A stretch of 64,000 nt of DNA from Lingula anatina (taxonomy: Eukaryota; Animalia; Brachiopoda). The stretch lies in contig CM120641.1 of the NCBI GenBank assembly GCA_051362555.1, forward strand, positions 32,680,401-32,744,400. The letters run 5' to 3'. Below the pieces are notes generated by a model. That model had not been told where the DNA came from and searched no databases. It worked only from the letters and a program-made list of their open reading frames with translations. Both the position numbers and the translations under genes were made by a program. Positions 25,801 through 39,700 of this stretch are shown one piece after another. How positions within the stretch are numbered: the stretch's first letter is position 1; each line of letters starts with the position of its first letter.

Positions 25801-28800
25801 TGTATACTCTTGCATCAAGAAAATGCCAATAAGAACATGTGAGTACCATCTGTATTTATTTTTGAAGTGATGAAAATAAAAATGAAATCAAAAAAAAAAA
25901 TGTCTTCAACAGATTGCATTAATCTAAAAATTTAACCATACCTGTAAGAGGGCAACTTCTTCCGAAGTTAGTTTATTTAAAAAACTATAGACTTCATCAT
26001 CTTCACTTTTTTCTGTCTCTCCTTCCTGGCTTTGAGATTCAGTGGGAGGCACGGTGGCCAGTGGAAGGGGGGTTGTTACATCAGACTTCTTATCCCTGTT
26101 AAGCTGTTGTAACTGAAGAAAAAACATTGATCAACCATCTGAATCAGTTTCTTCTAAACAGTGCCTTGATTCAGAGTTCTATTTCTGGACTATCTGTCAC
26201 ATTTATACATGAACCAAAAGCTTTACATGACAACATGTGTGGAAGTAATTAGTCTGTGTTTTAGGTGTAGCTTATAATCCTTCAGCATTTCAACATAAAA
26301 ATGTAGGCTGTTGATTAGTTTGGGGGTGGGCCTAGGATTACCTCCTACAATTATAAAACAATCCTGAAATAACTTAGATCAATAATGGACATAGTCATAG
26401 TAAATTGTCAGCTTTTTACAACATCTAAATGACCATATCACTGCCATATCCTAAAAGCATGTTACAGTGAGGAATTCTCAAAAAAAAATCTCACATGCTT
26501 TCATGATTGCCATTTGTTCCACACTGCCTGTGGTAATAAATTTTTTTCCTAACTGCCATTTGCAGCTGTTGATTTGTATAAGCCAAAAACAATGTAGGGC
26601 AGAAATGTTGAACTTGCTGGATCTACTCACCAATGTTTGGAGGTTGGCCAGCTGAAAATTAAAAGAAAAACTGAGATTATATTTCATAAACGCCATGTCA
26701 GTATGCCACATTCAATTCTTACTCTCATGTTGTATGTGCATTAAATTTAGTGACCAAAAATAAAATACAATTATCAAATACCAGACAGGGTTTCATCATC
26801 ATTTAAGTTGTGGCTGAACAAATTTCATCAAAGTGTGAATAAATTTGTCCTTTGAAATATTGTAAAATAAAACTTATGTCACATATATATTAATATATTT
26901 ATCTCTCCTACCTTAGATTTAATGTCTTCTAGCTAGAAAAACATAAGACAAAAATCAATAAAAGTTGAATCAACAATTTGATTACTGTCATCCTGTCAGT
27001 ATTCAAAAATAAATAGTCCTTTCGTCGTTTCATTTTAATGTTTAAAAATATCAAATGTTCGTGTGGTTAAATATCTAATGTGCTTAAAAACCTTTCTCAA
27101 GGCTTCATTATAATTGCGCAATTGAGACCGATGCGATTAAATCATAAGAAAGTTGGCCTTTGGCATATTTGAATTTTGCCTAGCAGAAATTCAAAAATTA
27201 AAGTTTTTGAAAAAATTTCAGTCTTCCAAATTAAAAAAAAGAGAGAGAGAGAAGAGAAACATTTAAAAGTTATGAAGGTTTTTAAAGATAATTTCTTACC
27301 CCAACTCTCCCTACATTTTTAAAATCTAAATCATGGTTGTAAAATGGTAAAAAAATACCCATGTATGCTTAATTCCCATACTGTGCAAAATCATATAGTT
27401 TTGACCTTCAGAACTATGAGAGATGTCATCCACATTGAGAGTCATAACAAAACAACAATGCAATGATACAAAAGAATGCGTCAACACAATTAAAAAGAAA
27501 ACAACTGAGTTGACATGGCATTTATAACACCATCAAAAACTTGCGTCATTACATCAGTCACCATAACTGTAATTATAAAAAAGGTTAGGTTAATCTCATA
27601 GAAAACTTTTGCGCAGCAGTTCTCAAGATTCCAAACCATCTGCAAAATTGCAAAAAAAAAAAAAAAAATGCAAAATGCCATACACAATAAATATTCCATC
27701 ACTTTCCTAATAGACCCTTAAAGTGACAAGATTAACTTAAAGTCCTAGCAACTCCTCTGCTCCCCTTCCTACAGACCTGATAATGAATACAAACAGCTAT
27801 ATCAATGATACCAGATTAAGTATATATTAAGATGCTAAGTCAAGCCTCTCACAAGCAATGAAGTATGATTGCCATTTTTATCTTAAATGAGTTTACACAC
27901 ATCTCACATCTAAATATATATATTTTTATCTACCACAGGCTTTGCCAAAATCAATGAAAGTTACAAAAAGCAATCTTAAACCTTTAATTGTCACTCCCAA
28001 ACTTTTAAATGTCTAAAAGAATAAACTTTTAATCACACATGCAGTTTTCTCATGTTCTTGAATTACACTAAAATCCACACAATCACTTTATTTTTCTTTT
28101 TGTTCCAGCATAAAATATATATCCAGCCCCCCACCTTTGCAAGAAGTAGCCCAACAGTTACCATTTGGTAAAGGGGGGGGGGGGCTGGAGGGATAAATTC
28201 TTATACTCATATTTTTGCCCACCTCTCACTTCTTTTAATTCTGGATTCTCTAGTGGTATTTCACCATTTCACTTCACATAGCTAGATCTTAGCTGACTAT
28301 AACAACAGGCTTGAACAGAAGGGCTACATGGTTTTCTAAGAGTTGTTCTGCATTAAAAATAAAATTGCCCTTAGTTGAATCAGTTAATATTTACTATAAG
28401 GAAAAACAAACCCTTATAAGACTTATAATAAATGATGAAACTAACAGGAAATAAGTGATACACTGAATAAAAAAGAAATTTCCATAAGCCTGAGCTTTAG
28501 AGCAGTTCTGCTAGGAAAATGCCTGCAAAGAGGTTTAGTAAAAATCCCAGCACTTGATCTCCCCATTGTAAATATTGAACGGCTCCATCAATCAAAGTTC
28601 TGGCACACTACTTCAGCGCTGAGTATATGCAGAGTTCACATACAAACCTTGCACTCACTCATTCACTGCTGTAGTATATATATTGCCACCCTTACCTTCT
28701 TGTCTTCAACGGCTGAACTTTCGGGAACTGAAACACAGAAATAAAGATGTGAGGACTTAACTCAGAAAAGCATTTTTATAGATGGATGTCCTTCTAAGAA

Positions 28801-29062
28801 CAAAACGTTCAACGGTACAGGCATCCATCTCCCCCCCCCCCCCCCCACCCCCACCTCCTTCCCGTCCAGCCGTGTAAATTTACAGATTGGGGATTATTTA
28901 AGTGGATTATAACGACTTGATCCTGAAAGCCATGTTTGAGTCGCCTGTAATCGCTCTTTAAAAAGTAAAAAAGACGACTAAGAAAGATCTACCTGGTCCA
29001 CAAAACGCATTCTCAGCTGCAAGAAGCAAACCAAGTAAGAACAGATTAATCCAGTTCAACAT
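22868..29062 (-). CDS. Uncharacterised secreted protein, ~278 aa, hydrophilic and granin/prohormone-like; 10 coding exons
   Basis: Exons in minus-strand order: 29062-28993, 28727-28696, 26932-26912, 26651-26631, 26112-25942, 25433-25352, 25022-24855, 23569-23507, 23311-23213, 22977-22868 (TAA); phases are consistent and total 837 nt. The N-terminus MLNWINLFLLGLLLAAENAFC/GP is signal-peptide-like; dibasic sites KK, KK and KR; no Cys in the mature part. Confidence 0.72.
23757..23954 (+). mobile_element. Harbinger/Tourist-like MITE, AGATCGA family copy 1
   Basis: TIRs CACCCCATTTCCATAGAT / ATTTATGGGAATAGAGCC, ATA on both flanks, subterminal TAGATCGA repeats; closely similar to the inverted copy at 50824-51038. 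Confidence 0.85.
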
Positions 29063-29286
29063 GATGCTTCAGCCTGCCAAGACGAAGTGGTGTGTCTCTC
29101 TCGGTCAATTTAGTTGTGGTTACGTCTAATGTCCCAAGTATTTATGATGTTTCCAATATCGGTCGCGGTATAAGTGCGTACTCCTTATCGCTGCCCAACC
29201 TTTAATATAAGCACTGAACCCTTATCGTGGGCGCAGCGACAATCAAACTGGTCCCACCAGCCGGAAGCTTGGCAACTTTTAATACT

Positions 29287-29294
29287 TGACGTCA
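29287..29294. promoter_or_regulatory. Perfect CRE palindrome TGACGTCA in the CpG-containing promoter region of the secreted-protein gene
   Basis: TGACGTCA at 29287-29294, 225 bp upstream of the ATG; TATA-like TTATATTAAA on the minus strand at 29201-29210. Confidence 0.5.
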
Positions 29295-32260
29295 TAGTAA
29301 TAAGCGCTTGAGTTTTCATTCCAGAGTCAAAACAATTAAATCAGACTTTGCATTATGTGCCATTTAACAGTTTGAGTACCAAAAGTTTAGCTATATGGTT
29401 TTTAAAAAACTATATAAAATAAAGGTATTTTGCACACTTGTGGGATTGTTTTGCGGCAACTAAAATGAACCATGATCAATGCCATAGATGTTCCAGAACA
29501 ACACGACGCAATCGCGAACACAAGGATGGTCTTCTTTATTCAAAAGATGCATAATATAAGAAAACTCAGGGTTTGGAGAAAAGGTGGAGCAGCATCTGAA
29601 TTTAGTAAGGATTCTCCGAAAATGTTTTATTCGTTCAAACTTTTTACCTGCTGCTCCCCTATCCTATAAACCTGGAACCCGCTGTTGCCTCTATCCCAAA
29701 TGAGTTACAAAAATTATATAAAATATATATAGGTGGACCCTGTACCCCCCCTTTATTAGAATTGTTCAATGTTATTTTCTCAAAGTCTTGACCATGTTGA
29801 CATGTGTTCCTGGAAAACCATTTCAAGAATAATGCCAAAGAGTATAACGCTTTTCAAAACGGTAAATAATGGGTTTTCATTTGGCTTTCTTTCGTTTATC
29901 TGTCTATCTATTTATCTATATTGCTCTTAGTTGATGATCAGTTCTCAGCTTTGCCGCTGCCTAGATTGTTTCTTTTGGATAGAAAAATAAAATAGTTATT
30001 CAGAACTTCTCTGTTTGGTCTAGGAAATAATGTTCCCAAGTTGGAACCGCCGATTGATTCAGAACAGAGGGGTCGAATAACGTTGCGATAGCGTCATGAA
30101 ACGTGCCTTGTAGACAAAATATGTTTTCCATTTCTCCATGAACAACAACAAACACCCTTTCAGTTTTAAGTCGAAATCCTTAATAAGGAATGAAATTCCC
30201 ATCCCTGCTATGCCCATCATATGCTTACGCTCAGTACTGCAAGTACCCAAAATTTTATTTGTTATTTAAGGTCAACGATTTAACCATTTTTTTTTCACAA
30301 ACTTGATCTAGTGTCATCGAGAAGACGGTGTGGATCAGGGGAGCACACATATTCAGTTTATATATTGCAACTTAGAAATAGTAGACATGCCACATTAGAG
30401 CAATAAAAACAGTAAGACAGAAATCGTGGTTATAGGCTATTGTTTAGTTTGTTTTCCCAAATTGTAAATACCCTGCCAGGCAAAAAAAACGACTTTCTAC
30501 CAAAATATGGACTGTATTACACAGTACGGAATATCACTTTCCCAAACACATAGATGAAAGGAAGGGAATACATAGATATATTCCATTTGTTTTCTTTAAT
30601 CTGCTTCACAAATGGCATATTACATTCACTTTAAAGCAATTACCTATTTTTATAGAAGCACGTAAAGGAGTAAAATTTATGTTAAAAAAATTAAAAAGAT
30701 CACTTTTCTCTTATATTGTTTTAATGCAACAGATTCAAGGCAATATTCAACATCATACATACTTTGAAATGTGCAGTTTAAAAAGTATGTCAAATATATG
30801 ATATATATAAAAATTATTTAAACAGCCTGTCTGCACTATATATTTTCTCTGTATATCTGTATATTTTACATCCATATAAATACTATACACTATAATTCTC
30901 TGTATTTTCTTATAAGTGATGCATTGCAACAGTTACCGTTTATAAAAAAAAATTTTTCAACAGAAGTTGGTAAAGATATGTCATAATAACATTTTCAAAC
31001 ATTTTACACTATCAAATTTGGTATCGAAAGGCTGACTAATCAAATTTACATTACTGAGGATTCATTGTGAAGCACATGGACTGCTCATTATTTTCCTACG
31101 TGTGCTAAGGTAAAAGAAACCTGTGGTTCTTCTTCAGAATACAGACTTTGACATAACATTTCACATCATTTAGAAGAATATATTGGTGTTGAAACTTGCT
31201 ACATTATTGCTTCATATGAAGCAACCAGCTTATAGTCTGTTGAGCTCTATCTTTGTTTATTGCAGTTTGATTGCAATTAACCTCATCTGGTATCCTTCTA
31301 CTGGTTTACTTACAGATAGACAATTATAAAAGGTAACCCATCTTCAGGACAATAATATCATCTTCTGTTCAACAGTAAAAAAAATCAACATACATCTTTT
31401 TATTTAAAACTTTTTTCCCAAATGAACATAAGATCTTATCTTTTTTAATAAAATGCATCCAAACCAAATATACAAATTGGTTATATGTAAGATATTCAAA
31501 AATACTATGTAAAAATAATTCAATCTTTGCAAAAATCCTCTGCTGATAGCTTCAAGCCACTTTTAAATTAACTGCATGGACGGAGAAATACCCAGACAGC
31601 CTATTGTCTGGAAATAACTTTTCTATTGATATTTTTGTAAATATGCAACTTTACATGGGAACCATGCTTTTTGCTAGAAATCACAGTCTTCCTTTGTTCA
31701 ACTTTATACTTGTTCTTCACATTAAAAGAAAATCTTTTTCGTGACATTTTAAAATTCTTGAAAGAGACAGTAAGCCAATTGCACAAGCTTCTTTTGGCAT
31801 TTCACTGGACGGAGTGACTACAGTAAAATATACCAAATAACAAATACAAACAAATGACACACACAAACAGGGTCCTTGTTTAAATTTCATCCCATAATGA
31901 AAATCTAATATCTGTCTGAATTAGAGTCCAATTTAGTGTGTTTAAAATGACAAAAAAGGGGGAATCCAAGTGAATACCAAACTGAAGAATATACCTGGTC
32001 TGTAAACTCTATAGGTAATCTATACAATGTTCTCTTCATAGCATTGTTGTTGCTGTCAGCTGACAATAATTCAGTGAGAATGTTATTTTTGGTATTCTAT
32101 TCATAGATATAGATATATGTATAGTTATGACATGTCCATCTTCTAAATTGCCTCAAAGTCCTGTAACACTAATGACAGCTGAAAACAGCAAAAGATGGTC
32201 ACTGAGTACACCACTGCTCATCTTAGAGATAATATAAATGGATATCAGGGAAACTGCTGG

Positions 32261-32318
32261 TAACTATGACAACAGCTGTAGTAACTATGACAACAGGTTT
32301 TGTAACTCTGACAACAGT
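32261..32318. repeat. 21-bp tandem repeat x3 in the NEK 3'UTR
   Basis: taactatgacaacagctgtag / taactatgacaacaggttttg / taactctgacaacagt. Confidence 0.8.
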
Positions 32319-32423
32319 TGGTGAAAAGACAGACAGTTGATTATCAAGGAGATTACTGAACTCCTTGCTGCTCATAACTGAGGCAGGTAAGCACCAAAAG
32401 AGGTTTCGTGCGGCCATAGTGGC

Positions 32424-35400
32424 TCACTGCAGCACACAGATCTTGCTCTCCTTTTGCCCTGACTGGGACCGCCTTGACTGGGCACTCCTGGCACGCCCTG
32501 GGCTGGAGTCCCTGGAGTTCATCTTTACTTGGTCAGCCTGCACTTGGACTAGTTGTTGCTGAAAATACGGAGTTTTCCATATCTGGTAGTAATTTTTTTT
32601 AGAATTTTTTGCTCGTGCATTTATTGTCAGAATTTTTGTAGAATCTCAAGGAAATCTGCCTTCAATATCGTACAATTTATTTTTTGTGTACTACCAACAA
32701 TGACCATAAAATTTTTATTTTATTTGTTATAACTCCATCAGACGAATTCTCCAAGCTTACCTGCAGAGACATCACAATGTCATAATTAGCTTGCATTTTG
32801 TCACTTTGTTTTGAGAGTTCAGATCGTAGCAGCTTTATTTCAGATTGCAAACTTTGTTCCCTTTCCTATTGAAAAAAGAAAAAAAACAGGTAGGTTATAG
32901 AATTTAATACAACTTCCAATAAAACAGATAAAATATTTATACGAACTGAATTTAAAAAAGTCTACGTATTCACAGATATAAAATAAATCCTGAAAAAAAA
33001 AAAAGAATTGTTATAGAAACTTAAGAAGCTGAGACATTCAAAATTAAATAGATTTTTACATACTTTTGCAGCTTTCTCTGCCTGCTGCTTTAATATGGCC
33101 TGTTCAAGCTTATATTTATCTTCCATTTCTCTCAACCTTTCTTCTGTTCGTCTCTTCTCATCTTTTAGTCTTTCAAGTTCAGTCTGGAAAGAATATAGCA
33201 ATCTCATGACATCTCAATAATGCAATAGAACAATTCAGTTGAAATGGGGAATATCCTTGGATGTACACTTTCCAACCAATTTATTTTGTAAACTTTGAAC
33301 CATAACAAGACAGTTATTATCAGACTGTTTTTCATTCCTCATTTTCGCATTTTCCACATTTTCTTTACCAAAAATTAAATCAGATAATCGAATTTATAAG
33401 AAAATGAAACATAACGCAAGGAAATCATTTGATTAAACTTACACAACTGTGAAATTTTGCATTCTAATGGAAATTCATCGCAAATATTAAAAAATTGATT
33501 CTCAGGGATAAAAGTGTGATTCTGATCTGCTTACTGTTAGATTCTCCTCCCTCCTTTTGTAAGTGACTTCAGATAAAAATCCTCTTGGGGAAGGGGGTGC
33601 ATCCCGCCCTGACTCCGCTCTTAAAGAACACAAATTACAAAATTACATTCAATCTGATTATCAATCTCATATTATTCTTGATTGTTCCACAAAAAATTAT
33701 ATCATATGTTTAAAAAATCTACTTATTCACCTTTATAACTCAATAGCAAGATCACCATGCATCTTACTGCCATAAAAATATTCATCCTGACTCAATAAAC
33801 CATACAAACTACAGCATGCTACTTGTACTTACCCCTTGCCTCTGCCTTTCCCCACAGCTCTAGACCTCACTGACTTTGCTATCTGTGTAGACCCTACTCT
33901 GGTCTTGTATGGAGAGAGAGAAGCCTTCCTTGGCTGCTGTGCTGCTAGCTGGGCCCTAGACACTGGAGTGGGGTCAGATGCTTTTGGGGTCTTGGCAGCA
34001 CTAGAGAAAAAGAACAGGGAGAGCAGGCTTACACTAGGGATTTAAGATGGGAGGTCAAATACAGTACAATGCATGCAGATACATATTGCTACAGTAATAA
34101 TTCACTAAATCCAAACAAAATACATAGAGAAGTTTCCCCAAAACTATCTTTTGTTAGACACGTAATGCCAGCAACCTGCTACATGAGGCCAGTACAGTTT
34201 GCCCTGTAGTTAGCAAAATTCACCAATTCTTAGAAGTTAAAACTCAATGGACAAGCCCATAATGAAAACTCATCCTCAAAAATAAATAAATAAAATTTTC
34301 AAAAATTAATTAATAAAAAAAAAAGACTTTCCAGGGTATGCATGCTCCAAATTTTTATATGGAGTTAAGATGTCCCTTGTGCCAATAATTTTATCACTAC
34401 CTGATTGCTCCTTGTAGGTTATCACTGGAGCTACTACTAGACATGGGATCCACAGGGGTGAACTCCACACCGCTCTCCACTCCAGAAGAACTGCCACGCA
34501 CCTGGAGTGCATGTGGCCTATGGTCATCTTTGAATATCACAGACTCCTGTACAATTAAAAAAACAACATAGACTATATCATAAATCATTTTTCAAAGAAT
34601 AACACTACGTTTCTTTAGTGTTCCTTTGGGTAGTAATTTAAAAGCTACCAGGAAAGGTCTTGTTGAATCTCTCTTAGCCTAATATATCATTTGCCGTAAA
34701 TGATGTCCATTTTTTAAACAAAACAAACAAACAAAAAAAAACTAATTCTGTATACCCACCTTTAATTTCCCTCCATTCTTTTTGCTCCCTGTGCCACTCT
34801 TATCCACACTTTTCTTTTTATCTGGAAAAAATTTAAAAATTGTGGAAAAAATTATTGGAACTCAAGTATAATTATTTCAAAACATAATCTACCATTATGA
34901 CAATATTTCAATAAAATCCTACAAAGTCTTTAAAATGATTTTCCTCAGAATAATAAGTACATCGTAGAATTCTGTACCTGGTTTGAGGTCCTTGTTGACC
35001 TGAATACTAGACCTGGAAGAGTCCAGCATTTTTCCAGGAATATCCTCATCTGATTGGTCAGTTGTGTCATCTGGCTCATTACCATCTTTGATATCCATCT
35101 CTGAGAGAGCAAGCTCATTCTTTATCCAGGCAGGAATCTGAGGGAACATTGAAGATAACTATACATTTGTTGCAACCGTTAAAAATATTTTTCACATTAT
35201 AGTTTTTTAACAGTCATTTAGCCATGGTCTGTTTGCATCAACTGCTTTCCTGAAGTATGGAACAATTATACAATTCTTTCTATGTGTGTTTCTTGAATCT
35301 ACAGAAATGTAAAAAAACATATCATAATTATCCCAACTTCATTAAATGATTTAATATATTGATTCATTAAAGCATAGGTACTATTAGATGAGTAAAATAG

Positions 35401-36730
35401 AATTCAACGCATTATGTAAAAAGCACACTCTTGACAACATCAATAAGCTTTTGTAGCAAAACACCAGTACTGAGCTCTAGGCTGATGGCATCAAAAAATA
35501 AATAAAAAAAAATAATAATAAATCAAGACCTTGCAATGAAAGTGTCCACTTTTGTGCCAGCTAAATGATTATATGACATATCTATAAAACTAACAATGGA
35601 GACTACTTTTCTATACCCTATTCAATTCATTTAAGCAACACAAAATTTCGATTAAAGTTTTAAACTGGTAAAAAAGTAAGTTCTTTACAAAGAGGCTGAA
35701 CATGTTTTTCTACTGATGAGGCATGACAACTTGACCCATCTCCAAAGGGACTTGATCACACAACTGACTCGTTGATGTGAACTCCAGCAGCTAGGATATC
35801 ATGGTAGATGGGGCAGTGGAGTTGCAAAAGCTTGACACAGTTCAGAAAACATAGAGAGAGACTTCATACGTCTTGGGTAGAAAAACAGGTTTAGAAACAA
35901 TTTACTTTTCTACCACTATTACATAAAAGACACTGAAAAATCTATTTCACGAAAAGATAAAACAGTACATGTGCTAGTGTATATTAAAATGTGTTCGTTG
36001 AATCATTTCAAACACTCAAAAAATGCTAACACACACTAAAAAAGTCAGCTTACAACAGGTAGGTGCACTGAAAAGAAAACTGCAGCTCAAAAACTAGCTA
36101 TCAGAAAAAAAATGAATCCAATTAACTATCTACAACACCACAAGCCATCAAACAGTTGGATATTCACCACACTGTCTCCATGGTAATCTGTACTGCCAGC
36201 CACATTTCTACTGCTCTCGCAGACTTTACCTTCGCTGCCTGCCAAATGTTTCTATAAATAAGATAATAAACATTTGACTTGTACATGCTGAATGCAAAAA
36301 AACCAACAGCACCTGATATTCGTTTGTGGGAACACTATGCTGGAGTAGGCATACAATGTGCACTAAACCTTTATATAGTAAAAAATTCATATCCTGGAAC
36401 TTTCAGCAGTTTTCCCTTTACCACTGTGACAATGGGTTATCCTATCAAAAAACATTAAGGACATAATCTGCAAGTCCTTTTTCAAGCTCTATATATCTAA
36501 CTTTCAGTGTCAGAAGTGAAATTTACCATCCCTCATTTCCATTAGAAGAGTGACAACAAAATTAGAAACTTAGAACTCGAACTAGACAGATAAAGCGGCA
36601 ACAACACAGACATTTAACAAAAGCTCACTTTAATCAATCACCCTTCTTTTCAAACTCTACCTGCCCTCATTAATAAGAAAGTTTATTCGCAAATCTGAAG
36701 TAAATCAAATATATGATTTTTTGGGCATTT

Positions 36731-36768
<38 letters not shown>

Positions 36769-39700
36769 TAAATTTAGCATTAATGTGTAAAAAAACATAA
36801 ATAATCCAATAACTTTAGAAACAATAATCTGATCATGCTGTATTATGAACTCTGCCTACATTTTACCAAACAAAATCACAGAGTTAATATCAAGCAAAAC
36901 AAAAAATGATTGAGTAGTTATGAGCAAACCAATGTATCAGATATGACATCAACAACGATGACTTCGTGGTGGTGATGACACAAACAGATATAGAGAATTC
37001 AAAAATTTATATACACAGATATTTGAAGATAGATCTAAATTTTGTGAACAGTTTTAGATATGGTATACCTTGGTGATTAAGGGAAGTTTTAAAACTTCCA
37101 GGGAAATACATAAAGATTTAATGCTCATGGTGTGATTTTTATACTCAACATTTTTATATTCAACTTACAGTGCCATATGTGTCCATTTCTGAAGTTTCTG
37201 AGGAATATTCATCCACAGTATCCCTGCTGTATATTTTTTCAGGAACTTCCAATGTATTGGTGCTGATTCTTTTCCTGACATTATCAAGGAAAAATAAATG
37301 TTCGTAGTAAAACAATACTCTGTAAGCACATTGGGTGCAAATTCAAAAATAACACTTTTCATAAAGTGCAAATCAAATTACCATTATTTTTCTTCTTGCT
37401 AATTATATTCTCAAATAAAGAAAAAATTGGCTAAATATTTATCTTTTTTTTGTAGTTTGATTGTAGAATCTACAGGTTTCACTGAAGTCACTTCCTACCT
37501 AAATGACTTCTTTTTCTTCATTTTCTTCTTGGGTGGAGGGGCCGTTGTTTCAACCTGAACAAAGAGATTTTCACCGTGGCAACAAAAGTTAGACAGCAGT
37601 ACTGTATCTGCTGATGCACCATCAGAAGTAACATTGAGCCTGCAAAAATAAAGACAAAGAGTAAAAATAGAGTGGTTCAGAATCAATGCTGTGTTTATAC
37701 TACGCAAGTGCTTGAAGCTGGGACAATATGACATTCAGCTTTAAGAGAATTGAGGCAGATCTGAAAGGCAAATATATATAAAATCAAAAGTTCTAAAAAA
37801 ATTTTTTGGTTGAACATAGATAACAAATTACAAATGTGAAAATGAATTGAATCACCCTAAAATCTGACAGGTACCAGGCTAAACGTGGTATGAATATTGG
37901 TAGTAGTAGTAATAATCAGTTTATTTACACTACATATGTGTTAAAACCATTACCCACAAGAATTTGTGATAAGAAATAAACTGAAGGTTTCAAATGCAAA
38001 TAGGTATAAGCATAGATGTCCAAGTTTGTTGCAAGTCATAAATTTAATTTCACAGTTCAAAGCTAGTGTACAATTAAACATTTCACATGGAAATGGTAAT
38101 ACTTATTTCTTTATAAAGATTTCAAAATTCACTATTTAAAATGTAGTCCATTCATTCTTATTAAAACGTAAGGTGAAAATTCAAGTAACACAGTCTTAAA
38201 ACAGTGACAATAAGTTCAGTGTCCTAACAATAATTTTGTACCTTGATTCAATATAATCATGAAAAATATGGGTATATCAAAGACTCACATAAGTAAATGT
38301 GTTGGTTGTAGGACCAGGTCAGTCTCATCCTTATTCAGTTCTTTCTCTTTCTCCTGCTCCTTCTCACGTGTCTTGTCTCTGGCTGTTCCAGATCCACTGT
38401 TGGTGCCGGCACTGTTAAGGCGGCGTGGTGTGCTACCTAATTATAAGGCAATTAAAAAGATGCAGTGAGTCAGCTTTGGCCATTGTAATACACTAATTCA
38501 TAATTGGAAGATAGGAAAATACAGACGTGTCTTATATTTCTTAGCTTGTAATTTACACTCTTCTTCAGTGTTGATTTCACACTTTAGATTTTACATCATA
38601 AGATTTCTTGTTTAAATTCCAAATGTACAAATCAGCAATTAAGCCCTTCGCTGCACTTTCACGACTGTTTCTCACAATGTGAATAATTAAAGCAAAAACA
38701 TCAATAATAATACATCTGAAAGTTATCTTTTTCTGGAATAAAAAAAGTTTTTAGCATGTCATAAAATAGAATGTATAGTGTAATCCCATAGCTAAATACC
38801 ATAACTGTGACTAGGGTCTAAATTCACACAAAATTACCCCAACTTGCATGGAATGTACTGAATAAATGAATGAATTAATGATTACGAAAGTGAACTGCAT
38901 ATGTTTTTCTATAAACCTCTTCGCTTTCAGCCACTTACTGATAGGTCTAAATCCCCGAGATGTGCTTGTCCCACTATCATGGCTAGTATTGAGTAGGTCC
39001 TGAGATTGAGATACCACACTGTCATTACTCAGCTGACGGTCACTAAATGGAGGGACCACAGTGGACTCCACTGCAGTGGACCCAGCAGAACCTGGAATGA
39101 CCAGAGAAGTGAACTGACCCAGGTTAAAAAAAAAAAAAACAACTTAAGTCAGTTCCCTGGCTTAGGCTTCGTTCACATGGAAAGTCTATTTTCTAAAAAT
39201 CTATTTTCTATTTGCGGTATCTTATGATCACGGTCTGTGCCCTGAATATCCCGCGGCGTAATTACTGGCAGCGCGAGCCAGTTACTTATAGTAACTTATA
39301 GTAACTGGCTTGCGCTGCTTTAATGCAAAATATTTTTTTACCTTAAAGTTTAAAGCTAATCATTTAAATAACCTACCTCCCCTACTGGTGAGTGACAGTT
39401 TTTCCTGAGCAATTTCATTGGAACTGTTGAGGCTCTTCATACTGGACATACTAGGCTGCCGAGAGTGAGACGGTTTGCTGGAGTTAGGACGACTTGCATT
39501 TCCACTCTCTGAAGTTTTTGTGTCTGCAATGTCATTAATACTGTTGGTACTTCTCTGTGTGTCATCCATGGCGGTGGGCGGAGTTTTAAAGCGTGTTCCC
39601 CAAAAGTAGAATTCATTGTCTGAAGTACTGACTGCTGTATACATGTCACCACATCTTGCTCTCTAAAATCAGAAATGATTGACCCAAATTTCTTATATTA

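Noticed and set aside
36230-36251. 22-nt exon-like segment (tttatag|AAACATTTGGCAGGCAGCGAAG|gtaaag) in a NEK intron
   Set aside because: Not a multiple of 3 and no compensating partner exon was found; it could be a poison exon, but this is unsupported.
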